63,880 nucleotides of DNA, filler included, from Octopus bimaculoides (GCF_001194135.2; 5 parts of 5 records of this genome joined end to end with filler, not necessarily neighbours in it), one strand, 5' to 3'. Positions 1 to 13,530 are shown, counted from the first letter of the whole stretch. A program made the numbers and translations. Notes: generated by a model from the sequence alone, not told the origin.

Positions 1-58
<58 letters not shown>

Positions 59-495
59 CCAAACCGTAATGACTAGGCCAACCATTGTAATAAGAAACGT
101 AACCACCACCACCACGATCACAACCACTAATTCCATTACAATAATCACAGTAACTACCACAGCCACCACCACCTATACCACCACAGCAACGACAGTAAGA
201 ACCGCAACGAGAGCGTCACCCTCATCACAGCCACCCCGACCGTCACTACCGTCATTAGAGTCAGTGCAGAGCGTGTGCAGGGTTTATAGAATCTGTACTA
301 GTGAGGTGATTGGGTGAGAAATGGGTTAACGAAGAAGAGAGGGAAACATAGCAATGAGGGAATGAAAACACAATAACGTGCATGTGTATGTGCGTATGTG
401 TATGAGTGTGTGTGTATGTGTTTCTATGCGTTTTATCTGTATGAATACGTTGTATACACACACACACACACGCACACATACATATTTATATGCAC

Positions 496-574
<79 letters not shown>

Positions 575-1474
575 NNNNNNNNNNNNNNNNNNNNNNNNNN
601 NNNNNNNNNNNNNNNNNNNNNNNNNNNNNNNNNNNNNNNNNNNNNNNNNNNNNNNNNNNNNNNNNNNNNNNNNNNNNNNNNNNNNNNNNNNNNNNNNNNN
701 NNNNNNNNNNNNNNNNNNNNNNNNNNNNNNNNNNNNNNNNNNNNNNNNNNNNNNNNNNNNNNNNNNNNNNNNNNNNNNNNNNNNNNNNNNNNNNNNNNNN
801 NNNNNNNNNNNNNNNNNNNNNNNNNNNNNNNNNNNNNNNNNNNNNNNNNNNNNNNNNNNNNNNNNNNNNNNNNNNNNNNNNNNNNNNNNNNNNNNNNNNN
901 NNNNNNNNNNNNNNNNNNNNNNNNNNNNNNNNNNNNNNNNNNNNNNNNNNNNNNNNNNNNNNNNNNNNNNNNNNNNNNNNNNNNNNNNNNNNNNNNNNNN
1001 NNNNNNNNNNNNNNNNNNNNNNNNNNNNNNNNNNNNNNNNNNNNNNNNNNNNNNNNNNNNNNNNNNNNNNNNNNNNNNNNNNNNNNNNNNNNNNNNNNNN
1101 NNNNNNNNNNNNNNNNNNNNNNNNNNNNNNNNNNNNNNNNNNNNNNNNNNNNNNNNNNNNNNNNNNNNNNNNNNNNNNNNNNNNNNNNNNNNNNNNNNNN
1201 NNNNNNNNNNNNNNNNNNNNNNNNNNNNNNNNNNNNNNNNNNNNNNNNNNNNNNNNNNNNNNNNNNNNNNNNNNNNNNNNNNNNNNNNNNNNNNNNNNNN
1301 NNNNNNNNNNNNNNNNNNNNNNNNNNNNNNNNNNNNNNNNNNNNNNNNNNNNNNNNNNNNNNNNNNNNNNNNNNNNNNNNNNNNNNNNNNNNNNNNNNNN
1401 NNNNNNNNNNNNNNNNNNNNNNNNNNNNNNNNNNNNNNNNNNNNNNNNNNNNNNNNNNNNNNNNTTATATGCAC

Positions 1475-1530
<56 letters not shown>

Positions 1531-1531
1531 G

Positions 1532-1828
1532 TGGTGGAGCACCGCCATTCTAGTCGAGCAAATCGACTCCAGGACTTATTCTTTGTAAGCCTAGTACTTA
1601 TTCTATCGGTCTCTTTGGCCGACGAACCGCTAAATTACGGGAACGTAAACACACCAGCATCGGTTGTCAAGCGATGTTGTGTGTGTGGGGGGGGACAAAC
1701 ATAAACACACAAACACCTCTACACATCCACTCACAAGGATTTGGTCGGCCCGAGGCTATTGTAGAAGACACTTGCCAAAGGTGTCATACAGTGGGACTGA
1801 ACCCGAAACCATGTGGTTGGTAAGCACT
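1532..1828 (-). mobile_element. tRNA-head SINE family A copy
   Basis: Reverse complement of the family repeated at 3614 and 30987. Confidence 0.85.
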
Positions 1829-1834
1829 GAATAT

Positions 1835-2150
1835 TACCCAAAACATTACGATACTAAATATGGAAATTTCGTCTCATCCTTCTTACTCTCTTGACCTTGT
1901 TCCGTTTGATTACCATCTTTTCAGATTGTTCCAACATTATTTAAAGGGAAGACAGATTCTGAATTGGAATGAGGTTAAAAATGATATGAAGTGCTTCTTA
2001 GCATCCAGACCAATTTACCGAAGAGATGACAACATCTTACCAATAATAAGGGGAAATGTTATCTTGATTAGAAAATATTAAGACCAAAGAAACATTTGTT
2101 TCTTTCCCACCTTGAAACGCCAGAAGACTTTCTTTTCAACAATGAAAGAG
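1835..2150 (+). mobile_element. Mariner transposase 3' fragment
   Basis: ORF 1860-2081 HPSYSLDLVPFDYHLFRLFQHYL is a degenerate HPPYSPDLAPSDYHLFRSLQ motif. Confidence 0.85.
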
Positions 2151-2475
2151 AATTGATTAATGAACGTAGATACATAGTCTTGCACTTCACCTGTTCTCTT
2201 TGGACAACACAATATCTACGCATGCGCACGCACACACGCACAAACGCTCACACACACATACACAAAGTCGTTAACGCGTCGAACAGAAAGCTTGGTGGTA
2301 TTTGTTCGACTCACTGGGCTCCGAGTTCACATCCCATCCAAGTCAGCGTAGCCTTTCATGCTTATAGTTTCGCCAGTCCGACAGGGCGGCGAATTCGTGG
2401 ACGAATAACGAAGTGGACCAGGTGACTTGTGGTATTCGTTCCGTCTCTTCACACACACACATGCATACACATTAG

Positions 2476-2630
2476 TGTGGGTGTGTGGTAAGAAGCTTGC
2501 TTCCCAACCACATGGTTCTAGGTTCAGTCCCACTGTGTGACACCTTGGGCAAGTGTCATCTACTATAGCATCGGGCCGAACAAAGCCTTGTGAGTGGATT
2601 TGGTAGACGGAAACTTAAAGCCCGTCGTGT

Positions 2631-2698
<68 letters not shown>

Positions 2699-2881
2699 GT
2701 ATGTATATGTGTGTGCGTGTGTCTATGTGTGTGCCTGTGTTTATCCCCACCATCGCTTGACAACAGATGTTGGTGCGGTTCGACCAAAGAGACCGATAGA
2801 ATAAAGACAAGGCTTACAAAGACTAAGTCCTGAGGTCGAACTCTTCGACTAAAGGCTGTGTCGAATGACTGCAACAAGTAA
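2476..2881 (+). mobile_element. SINE family A copy
   Basis: Head GTGTGGTAAGAAGCTTGC...GGTTCAGTCCCACTG, body CCTTGGGCAAGTG...GGATTTGGTAGACGGAAAC, internal (AT)n/(GT)n. Confidence 0.85.
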
Positions 2882-3039
2882 TAGGATAATAAGCATTAAA
2901 GCTCCTCCAAGGTTATCGGCTACCACATGCTATCATACAGCAGGGGTTCTCCTGTTATTGGATATCCATGTGGGAATCCGTTCATACAAAGACATTATAA
3001 TACAAAAATGGAGTAACATGTACATACAACATGTATGTT

Positions 3040-3225
3040 ATCTTTTGCTTGTTTCAATCATTGAACTGCAGCCATGGTGGGGCACTGCCTTGAAAGATTT
3101 TCAGTCGAACGAATCAACCCCAGTATTTCTTTTTTAAGCCTGGTAATATTCTATCGATGCATTATACCGAACTGTTAAGTTACGGGGACATAAACACACC
3201 AGCACCGGTTGTCAAGCGGTGGGCA
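3040..3225 (-). mobile_element. SINE family A 3' half
   Basis: Matches the family tail in reverse complement. Confidence 0.7.
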
Positions 3226-3479
3226 GAGAGACACAGACGAACACACCCACGCCGAGTAGATGGACAGGGACAACTGATGAAGGGAAATATTCTTTATGTT
3301 GCATGTCTCGTTTTTCTGTTTGTTTTTTTGTTCGAAAAAAAGTTCGTTTTCCGTTTTCGTTTCTCATTGTGTTTAACGTTTTTTTGTGATGTCCTGTACC
3401 CATATATGCATGTATGTATACATATAGATGTAGGTATGTACATATATACATGGATATATGCATGTATTTATATATTATT

Positions 3480-3513
<34 letters not shown>

Positions 3514-3613
3514 TATATATATATATATATTTATATTATATATACACACAACATATACATACATACATGTATATATATACAAACACATATATACATACAA
3601 TATGTATATATTA

Positions 3614-4027
3614 GGCGCAGGAAGTGGTCGTGTGGTATGTAGCTTGCTTCCCAACCACATGGTTCCGGGTTCAGTCCCATTGCGTGGTACATAGGGCATG
3701 TGTCTTCTCCTATAACCTCGAGCTAACCAAAGTTTTGTGAGTGGATTTGGTAGACGGAAACTGAGAGAAGACCGTCATATATATATATATGTATATATGT
3801 ATGTATGTGTGTGTGTCTGTGTGTCTACGCTTGTCCCCCTACCATCGTCGCTTGACAACGAAAGTTGGTGTGTTTACGTCCCCGTAACTTAGCGGTTTCG
3901 CAAAAGAGACTGTTTGGACAAGTACAAGGCTTACGAAGAATAAGTCCTGGGGTCGATTTGTTCGACTAAAGGCGGTGCTCCAGCATGACCACAGTCAAAT
4001 GACTGAAACAAGTAAAAGAATAAAAGA
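3614..4027 (+). mobile_element. SINE family A, full-length copy
   Basis: GGCGCAGGAAGTGG head with A/B-box-like motifs through to the GGCGGTGCTCCAGCATG...GACTGAAACAAGTAAAAG tail. Confidence 0.9.
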
Positions 4028-4971
4028 ATATATACACATATCCCGACTTTAATATTAGTAAAAACAGCTGAAAGCCGGGAGAGCAAACACCCGCATACCC
4101 GCTTCTTTTGAGTCCAATACAGACACACACACACACACCACTGACATAGCATGTTGCCTATTGAAGCACACCTCTCCACGTCTTCGCTCAGCTGATTAAA
4201 GAGAGAGAGAGAGAAAGACACAGAGAGAGAGAAAGACGGAGAGAGAGATTGGGAAAGCACATACCACAACCATTAGCAACACATACCATCAGTGCACCCC
4301 CAGCCTACACCACACCGCGCCCCACACGCAATCCCTCCCCCCTCCCCTCCCGTCCCCACAAACGTCGAGCNNNNNNNNNNNNNNNNNNNNNNNNNNNNNN
4401 NNNNNNNNNNNNNNNNNNNNNNNNNNNNNNNNNNNNNNNNNNNNNNNNNNNNNNNNNNNNNNNNNNNNNNNNNNNNNNNNNNNNNNNNNNNNNNNNNNNN
4501 NNNNNNNNNNNNNNNNNNNNNNNNNNNNNNNNNNNNNNNNNNNNNNNNNNNNNNNNNNNNNNNNNNNNNNNNNNNNNNNNNNNNNNNNNNNNNNNNNNNN
4601 NNNNNNNNNNNNNNNNNNNNNNNNNNNNNNNNNNNNNNNNNNNNNNNNNNNNNNNNNNNNNNNNNNNNNNNNNNNNNNNNNNNNNNNNNNNNNNNNNNNN
4701 NNNNNNNNNNNNNNNNNNNNNNNNNNNNNNNNNNNNNNNNNNNNNNNNNNNNNNNNNNNNNNNNNNNNNNNNNNNNNNNNNNNNNNNNNNNNNNNNNNNN
4801 NNNNNNNNNNNNNNNNNNNNNNNNNNNNNNNNNNNNNNNNNNNNNNNNNNNNNNNNNNNNNNNNNNNNNNNNNNNNNNNNNNNNNNNNNNNNNNNNNNNN
4901 NNNNNNNNNNNNNNNNNNNNNNNNNNNNNNNNNNNNNNNNNNNNNNNNNNNNNNNNNNNNNNNNNNNNNNN

Positions 4972-5019
<48 letters not shown>

Positions 5020-5276
5020 TATATGCATACATTAGATAACGTAACCCTAGATACACTTTGATATCTGAGACGTCCCATAGCGGCAACACCTTTGAACATA
5101 CATCTGCTAGATCAAGGCCAAACTGGAGCAAATAACAACAATATGGCAGCTACGCACACACGCCCAGACACACATACATACACACGCACGCATGCGAGTC
5201 ACTACACCTACAAAATCCTTAACCTCGACAGCACCCCCACGCCCCCATCACCACTGTCATTACAGAAGTGACTGAA

Positions 5277-5830
5277 GGGAGTCTCTAAGAGGTCGTTCGA
5301 TCGGTTAGAAATAACAACCAAATCACACCTACAAATCACACACTGTTATCATTAAGGAAGAAACACGTTGGACAATTAGCACCTGGATTCCCGACATTTT
5401 AAAGGTATGTAGGTTCCTACAGCAGCGGACATAAACAATACGCACACCACCCGTTTTCGGCGGAGCCCTGACCCTTTACACCAGGTGTGCGTATTCGGTA
5501 AATTTTCAGATTAACACCCGCACGATTTTCTCTAGGGTGTTAGGGTTAGGATTTTAGGGTCAGGGTTAGGGTTTTAGGGTTAGGGTTAGGGTTAGGGACA
5601 GAATTCCCTAACCCTAAAACCCTAACCGTAACCCTAAAACCCTAACCCTGACCCTAAAACCCTAACCCTAACACCCTAGTGAAAATCGTGCGGGTGTTAA
5701 TCTGAAAATTTACCCCGTATCCTTTACCTTCGCCGTGGATCCCAACCTGGGGGCCGCAAAGGTAGTACTGAGGGGTCCGTGACCTAAATCCACACAAGGG
5801 TAAGCTTATTAAAATAAAAAAATGAGATGA
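5277..5830. repeat. Unclassified dispersed repeat, paralogous to 7140-7310, hosting the telomeric palindrome
   Basis: Shares CCCGACATTTTAAAG...CACCACCCGTTTTCGGCGGAGCCCT and TAAATCCACAC..AAGGGTAAGCTTATTAAAA with 7150-7305. Confidence 0.7.
5497..5714. mobile_element. Palindromic MITE-like element with internal telomeric repeats
   Basis: Arms 5497-5598 and 5605-5714 are near-perfect reverse complements. Inner halves are (TTAGGG)n and (CCCTAA)n variants; termini are GGTAA...TTACC. Confidence 0.75.
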
Positions 5831-8610
5831 TCGGGAATGGAACACCTTTCTTTGATCGGAGCCGACTTGGGTCTCTAGGACAATAAACAAGATACGCAAA
5901 CCCCCACCACGTACACATATATTACATCATCCTCCACTCACAGATCCAACACACACACACACACACACATTACGTCTATTAATTCACCACCGTCACCACC
6001 AACGCTATTCATCAAACACACACACACACACACACACACATCGCCACCACCACCTTCATCATAATTACTACTGTACAACATACACACAACACCGCCTCAA
6101 TCTCCATCACCACCATCATCATCATGTTCAGCACTACGACTATCATTATAGACACGAACTCTCCCNNNNNNNNNNNNNNNNNNNNNNNNNNNNNNNNNNN
6201 NNNNNNNNNNNNNNNNNNNNNNNNNNNNNNNNNNNNNNNNNNNNNNNNNNNNNNNNNNNNNNNNGCAGGGAGTCAATCAGACGGACGGACAGTCAAACAG
6301 ACAGAAGCGACCACACATTAAAAGGCAATGCACAGCTGAAGTGGGTCAACAGTACGACATCACCATTCCATATATGGTCATAGACAAACTGTTGGACTTC
6401 AGATGGGATGGGACGGAGGGGTGATGGTGGTGGTGGTGGTGGTGGCGAGAGGAGAGGAGGGGAGTGGGTGAGAGAGGTGGCTCTACAACACTAAACTTTG
6501 AAGTGGTGGTGGAAGCGGCGGTGATGGTTGTATGGACTCCAGCAGGTATGAGACGGCAGGAGGGGGTGCTAAGAGAGAGGTGGTGATATAAGAAGAGGTG
6601 AAAGTGTGAGGTGTGTTATCACACACACAAACACACACACACACACTGTGGTGGAGGTGGGGGCCCAATGGTTATTAGTAGAGATAGGAATAGGGAGAGG
6701 TGGCCATGACATAGGCTGCTGTTGTTGTGGTGATGGTGGCAGTGGCAGCGGCGATCGTAGTCCTAACGTTGAGAGTGGGGTGGTGCTGTAACTATCACCC
6801 ATACCATGGTGGTGGCGGTGGTGGAAACAGTGGAACAGTGGTTATAGTGTGGAGGCGGGGGGTTATGTGGTTATCACACACACGCCATGGTGGTGGTGGT
6901 GGTGATAGCGATAAGGATGGAAGTGTGAAAATGCAAAGGCTATCTCACACTCACTCACACACACACACACATTCATTGATAATGGTGGTGGTGGTGGTGA
7001 TGAGGTGAGGCGAGGCTAAGGTAGTAGAGGTGGTGGCGGCGGTGAAGGAGGCAGCGGAGATAGCCGCCGCCGCCGCCGCGCTGGTTATTTAACCTCTGGT
7101 TTAATCCTTATCGCTATGTCAGTCATATGATCTAAGGAATTCCAAATGTGACCTTCCCGACATTTTAAAGCTATGTAGGTCTACAGCAGCGGTTCCTGGC
7201 GGACGTAAACAATACGCACACCACCCGTTTTCGGCGGAGCCCTCACCCTAAACACTGGGGATCCGTGAACTAAATCCACACATAAGGGTAAGCTTATTAA
7301 AAGGGTCATTGGTAGTGGAAAGGATGAGAACCTCTGGTCTACAATATACATGCAGCACAACCTAAACGGAACAGGTGTTGTCTTGGCAAGCCCCCACCCC
7401 GGATACAAAGAGGGCACCAAGCTAATGAGGACTACAGTAAAGAGTAGAAGGAGGGAGGGAGCTTTGGTTGTTGTGTCTAGCAGGTTGAGCGACCACGCTC
7501 CTGCATTGAAGGGAATAGCTGTGTGTGAGAAGAAGGACGCAGTGTGTTGGTATTTGTGGTGGTCATGGTGGTAGTGGCGGGTGGCGATGATGATGACAGT
7601 ATTGGCAGCGGTGGGGTAGCGCTGTGTGGTAGTGTTGCCGGTGTAGAGATGGTGGTGACAATGGAACACACACACGCTGGTTGACAAGGAGATAACGGAA
7701 GAGACATAAGGAAGAATTGTGCTAAGGAGTGATGGGGTGAGGTAAATCTTAGCACTGTGTCAAAGTGGCAATAAGTCGAGGTGACAACAGCAGCAGCAGT
7801 AGCAGTAGTAGTAGTAATGGAGTTAGGGTTGACTTAAGCAAGTATTGTTGTTAGTGGTATTTGGTGGTGGTTATAACTATAAAGGGCAGTCGACTTATAG
7901 ATAGTAGTAGTAGTAGTGGTGGTGGTTGAGGCAGTAGTGTTATTGGTGGTGATGGTGATAGTGGTGGTGATAGTGGTGGTGGTGGTGGTGGTGGTGGTGG
8001 TTATGATGATACTAAGCGTACGATTGTGTGGGAACTTCTAGCGTTGTCATCCCTAACCGAGCAGTCATGTAATGTGACAGGCAAGAAGTCGGCCGAACAA
8101 CCAGCTTCGAACCACTCACCGTTACAGCGTGTGTGTCCACCTGAGAACCAACACTCTTACACACCAACGTGCAGCGGTAAATCGCCTGGGGTATAATGCG
8201 CCAGTGTGGGCATGTTTGGTACGCGGTTGACCCTCACAGAGCAGAATGGGAGCATTCTGTATCGTAAAATTTTAAAAAAATAAGTACGGTAGAGTTTCAC
8301 GAATGTTATGTAGCGAGAATAAACTTCGATTAACTGGAATTATTCTCGCCGTCGGTAACAAAGTAGAAAACCACGGTCCACTAAACAGCGATCATTAATT
8401 TGAACATGTATACAGTTGTATTTAACTAGTCACATTGAACAGTTACACGTTCGTGAACACTCGAAAGTGAACTCAAACCTTTGGTTCCCTTGTTTTTATG
8501 TAAATCCTTCACACAAACTGTACACTGTCCATGTAATGTCCCACAATTCAACGCCCCCCGTGGCAAATAAAACACCATCACTACAACCACCACTACCATC
8601 ATCATCATTA

Positions 8611-8657
<47 letters not shown>

Positions 8658-8664
8658 GCATCAA

Positions 8665-8826
8665 GGCGGTGAGCTGGCAGAAACGTTAGCACGCTGGGTG
8701 AAATGCTTAGCGGTATTTCGTCTGTCTTTACATTCTGAGTTCAAATTCCACCGAGGTCGACTTAGCCTTTCATCCTTTCGGGGTCGATAAATTAAGTACC
8801 AGTTGCATACTGCGGTCGGTCTAATC
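8665..8826 (+). mobile_element. tRNA-head SINE family B copy
   Basis: GGCGGTGAGCTGGCAGAA head, GAGTTCAAATTCC B-box, central GAGGTCGAC..GCCTTTCATCCTTTCGGGGTCGATAAATTAAGTACCAG domain. Confidence 0.85.
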
Positions 8827-9321
8827 TATGATTAATTATTATTAGCATCGAGGACTTCAAGAAATTAGGGCATCGGACAAAACGCCTTGCAATACGTTTG
8901 GCTTCAAATACCGCCAAGATCATTATTGACTATGATACCCCCGGGGGTTGAAATAGCAAGAAAGGGTATAAGTATTGGTGGCTATGGTACCAACCGATTC
9001 CACCACCACCACCACCATCGCAAAATGGCTGACCTTGTGCCCCTACGAGAAGCCATTATTGTAAATATGCTAATTTCGATAAATAGGCTTGGAATTAGTT
9101 ACTTTACTTTATTCTCATTTTTCAGCCTTGAATTATCTCGAAGAATTATTTGCAGCAACGGATTCCAGGAGAATCATCTGTGTTTTTCTTCCGAGCGGTA
9201 CATCAAAAGCTTCATGCTTGTACAACAGCCTTATTTATCTTGTACTTATAAGCAGAAACACGTGGCGTGTGTTTTGTTAAGATTAATTATGTCCATCCAT
9301 CACCCTGCCTATCTATCTATA

Positions 9322-9359
<38 letters not shown>

Positions 9360-9739
9360 CCTACATATCTATCTATCCATGTCTATCTACCTATCTATTT
9401 ATCTACACACATGTATATACATACATACATACATACATACATAAATACATATATACATACATAAATACAGACAGACAGACACACATACGTACGTACGTAC
9501 ATTCCCGAGAGCGCTTGGATAGTGATATGAGTGTTGCTCGCGAAATCGTAGGTTTGGACCCTGGACAGGGCAGTGTGTTGTGTTCTTGACCCAAACACTT
9601 CATTTTAGGTTGTGCATACCGTGCACTTGTTCCTACAATGTTGATTTGACTGACGGAGTGATCTAATGTGCAGCAGGTTTATTCGGCAAAATTTTACAAA
9701 ATCGTTTGTCTCGGACTCGAGACCCTACCATATAAAAAA

Positions 9740-10098
9740 GGAGTGGCCTTGTGGTAAGAAGCTTGATTCCCAACCACATGGTTCTGGGCATGTAAGTGTC
9801 TTCTACTATAGTCTCGAGCCAACCAAAGCATTGTGAGTGGATTTGGTAGACGGAAACTGAAAGAAGCCCGTCGTATATATCTGTGTGTGTGTGTGTGTGT
9901 GTGTTTGACCCCCTCACCATCGCTTGACAACCGATGTTTGTATGCTTACGTCTCCGTAACTTAGCGGTTCGGCAAAAAGAGTAGGATAAATTTAGTATTA
10001 GGTTTACAGAGAACAAGTCCCAGGTTCGATTTGTTCGACTAAAGGCGGTGCCCCAGCATGACCGCAGTCAAATGACTGAAACAAATAAGAGAATAAAG
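9740..10098 (+). mobile_element. SINE family A copy
   Basis: Same head, body and tail as 3614-4027. Confidence 0.85.
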
Positions 10099-12372
10099 GA
10101 ATTCCCTCTAGATAGGTTTAACTATNNNNNNNNNNNNNNNNNNNNNNNNNNNNNNNNNNNNNNNNNNNNNNNNNNNNNNNNNNNNNNNNNNNNNNNNNNN
10201 NNNNNNNNNNNNNNNNNNNNNNNNNNNNNNNNNNNNNNNNNNNNTATATATATATATATATATATATTGTTATGCGAAGAAGCGGTGCATGGTACCAGAA
10301 TTTTCGACTCGAATTAAAAGTAACAAACGATTCCAAATCGTTGTTAGACTATCCGCGTAAGTGCAGTGAAGACCGAGTAGTTATTATTCTGGCATCAAGT
10401 TGTATTAGTTGTAATAATGAAATCAAATCCAATAGTGATATTTTGAAATCCTTTACTACTTTAACTGAGGAAGGTATTACGTAACACATGCATTTCCTAT
10501 CATGTATTACGCAAACCTGGAACGTACGTATTAAATGATCTCAAAATATCACTATCTCGTTTCATACACACACACACACACACACAGGCACACATAATAT
10601 GCTCTCGGTCATATATTGAGTTCTTAGCTAATAACCTTTGCACACACACAAAAAAAAAAAGAAAATACTGTTAATATCTATGACATGATATTTTTCTGTT
10701 TGTCCATGTGTGTGTGCGTGTGTATGTGCATATCAGTGTGTGCATGCGTGAGGTGTTTTTGTTAGTACTGGCATAGTAGTTGGGTTGGCAGTTCTGGTGG
10801 TGATGGGGCGATGGGGGGAGGAGGGACAGTGGTGGTTTCTGAAGTGGCAGAGTTGATAACAGAGGTTGTTGTGATGGTGGTGGTGGCGGCGGCGCGATGG
10901 CGGTGGTGTTGTTGTTGGCGGCGGCGGCGGTGGTGGTGGTGATTTAATACTAATAACCCGCCTACACGAATTGTAATTTCTGCATATTGTATTTTATTTG
11001 TTTATTTTGTGGCCTTATTTGTGTATTTCTTTTGTTTGTGCTTGCTTATTTTCCTTGTTGTTGTTGTTGTTGTTATTGTTGTTATTGAAACGTTAAAAAA
11101 TGGGACGAAGTAGAAAGAAAACATGAACTAGGAACTGTTTTCACAGGAAGGAGAGCGAAGGAGGTAGGAGGTAAAGGGGGAGGAGAACGGACAGAGAGAG
11201 AGAGAGGAGAGCAGATATAGAGGAAGAGAGAGGATGAGAGTGGAATGTAGCAGACGTGATCTGTTAGAGGTGGGAGTGGAAGGGAGAGGTGGTTATGTGG
11301 CGATGGTTGCAGCGGTGTTATATTCCGGGCAAGCTGTCGGATTGATAATTTTCAGTCGGAGCAGAGTGGAAGAGCAACCACGCGTACGTATAAACATACA
11401 CACACACACACACGCACACGTATGTGTGTGTAAGTATATTTATACCTACATATAAATGTATACACGTAAATATAAATACATGCATCACATATATAATATA
11501 CAGAGAGAGAAATAGTTAAAGAAATCACATGCTTGTATATATTATATACGCATATCTATACTAATAAAGGAAGCTGTTTATTAATTAGTCTAGAATATAT
11601 AACTTTTACTAAAAGAAAGCAATTACTAAAGTCTACACTGTCAAGAAAATTCTTATAAACTTCAATTTTAATAGATAAGTTGTTTTTTTTTTTTATCAAA
11701 TGAGACTTTACGCCACTTTTATTGGTAATAACTTCATTCCAGGCTGCTTTATATACAGACGAATATCCCATGATATTTCGACACCGAGAAGCAGTTAATA
11801 AATCGTGAAACGGTCAATCAAGAGATTTACACATAAATTTATTTTTTTTTACACATCGAAAACAGAAATAGTGTCTTACATGAAAATCTCACAGCAATTA
11901 CTTCGTAAAATTTATATTTAAATTTATTTCATTACTTTTGATTGAAATTGTGTGTGTCTGTGTGTGCGTGTGTGTGTCTGTGTGTGTGCGTGTGTGTACG
12001 TATGCATATGTGTAATTTTTTGCTTCTGTCATTAGACTGTTTCTAACAGAAAAGCATGTCAATAAAGCGACGTGGTAAAAAATAAAACAACAAAAAAAAA
12101 AAAGCAACATGATTTTCAGCTGTGTATATACGTCAAGTATGATATATAGATGGCTATTTTGTTTATACACTGAAAATAAAAGATAGCATAGGGAAACGTA
12201 CGATGTTTGTCAAAAGCATTAAAAAACATGATTTCCCTCAAAGGAAATACTTACCAGCGATGAATGCTGAATAGCAGAAGCGGAAGAAACGGAATTGGAG
12301 GAATGCTTCCTTTCGATGGCAAATCAAAATTCTTGTGATTCGAACCAAGAACAAGATCATTTTCGTTTTAAT

Positions 12373-12472
12373 NNNNNNNNNNNNNNNNNNNNNNNNNNNN
12401 NNNNNNNNNNNNNNNNTTAATTAATTAANNNNNNNNNNNNNNNNNNNNNNNNNNNNNNNNNNNNNNNNNNNN
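12373..12472. other. Artificial scaffold-join spacer (44 N + TTAATTAATTAA + 44 N)
   Basis: Identical 100-nt construct at 29592-29691, 53404-53503 and 62581-62680. Confidence 0.9.
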
Positions 12473-12529
<57 letters not shown>

Positions 12530-12581
12530 ATTCTTTTATTCTTTTATTCTTATATTTGTTTCAGTCATTTGACTGCGCGGT

Positions 12582-12855
12582 ACCCTTGTGTGAAACTGTT
12601 CCAACTGTTTGATGTGCCGGCGGTATGGGGTCCACGTTTCTCATCTATAGAGACAACTTACAGCCTTGCAAACTTTGAACTTTGTCGAGGACTTTCACTT
12701 TCAGTCTCACAAGTTTCCTTGGCTGGCTTTGTGAATTCTAGTTGAGATTTCACTGCCCAGTGATCCATCGGCTGAGATTCTGCTCCAAAGTATATGAATC
12801 TCCACACACTTCAGCTGGACTCTCTCAATGGTGATATTTGGTTGGGAGGTGAATT
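12582..12855 (-). mobile_element. RTE-clade LINE fragment (RT C-terminal region)
   Basis: Minus-strand frameshifted translation gives PNITIE..QLKCV..FIYFG..ISADGSLGSEISTRIHKASQ and ETWTPYRRHIKQLEQFHTR, typical of RTE ORF2. Confidence 0.8.
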
Positions 12856-13404
12856 GTGTTTGGGGCTGCCTGTTCAAATTCTATCGAGATTGACTTTCCC
12901 TTTTATCCTTTCGATGTTGATAAAATTAGTACCAGCGGAATACTAGGGATCGACGTAATCGACTTAACCTCTCCCACCGACATTGCTGGCCTTGTGTCAA
13001 AATTTGAAATCAATATTTTAACACTATTAAATAATTTAAAATGTAATAATGCAATTTAAATTTACATTTAAATTGTATTAGCACATACGCATGGAAAAGC
13101 ATATTTGATGACATAGTTACAAAGATTTGTGTCATACCAGAATAGTTTTGGTCCACACCAGTATGCAACATAAACCGCTCAGGAAAGCATTTATTTAGAT
13201 AGACGGATGTCTATCTAATACATACCAGGTGTCCCGTACATAAGGCAGCATTTAAACATCAATGTGATGTTAAATGCTGTCTTCTTTATGGAGCAAGCGT
13301 TGTATGTATGTGTATGTGTGTGCGTGTTTGTCAGTAATTTGAATGTGTGTGTGCGTGTGTGTTAGTAATTTATATGTGTGTGTTGGGATTCTTTCTTTCA
13401 GTTA

Positions 13405-13530
13405 AAAAATTTTAGACTTTGAAAGCCGATCTCTTTAAATAAACATTTCTTCCAAATGCTGACCCGAGCTCCTGTGTCAACAATGCGTGTTATCGTTGAA
13501 TTTAAGGGGCTGACGTGAAACATCTTAGTA
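13405..13530 (-). mobile_element. Possible LTR-retrotransposon aspartic protease remnant
   Basis: TRIVDTGARVSIWKKCLFKEIG in ORF 13398-13658 has the DTGA-x-S-hydrophobic motif. No adjacent RT or LTR seen. Confidence 0.45.

Noticed and set aside
24-317. Thr-rich mucin-like ORF
   Set aside because: Starts in a (GT)n/(AT)n microsatellite and is a degenerate (ACC)n tract.
326-1704. Long ORFs of 250-460 aa spanning N runs (here and at 4249-5131, 22937-25501, 45118-48030, 58621-59816 and others)
   Set aside because: Length comes from X residues plus [12 protein letters not shown] microsatellite translation.
5540-5680. Ancient chromosome end-to-end fusion site
   Set aside because: Not excluded, but both arms share identical variant repeats and a non-telomeric outer arm and sit inside a dispersed repeat. 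This fits a foldback element better.
13225-13300. Small hairpin GGCAGCATTTAAACATC-aatgt-GATGTTAAATGCTGTC
   Set aside because: Probably an internally deleted MITE remnant; too short and degenerate to classify.
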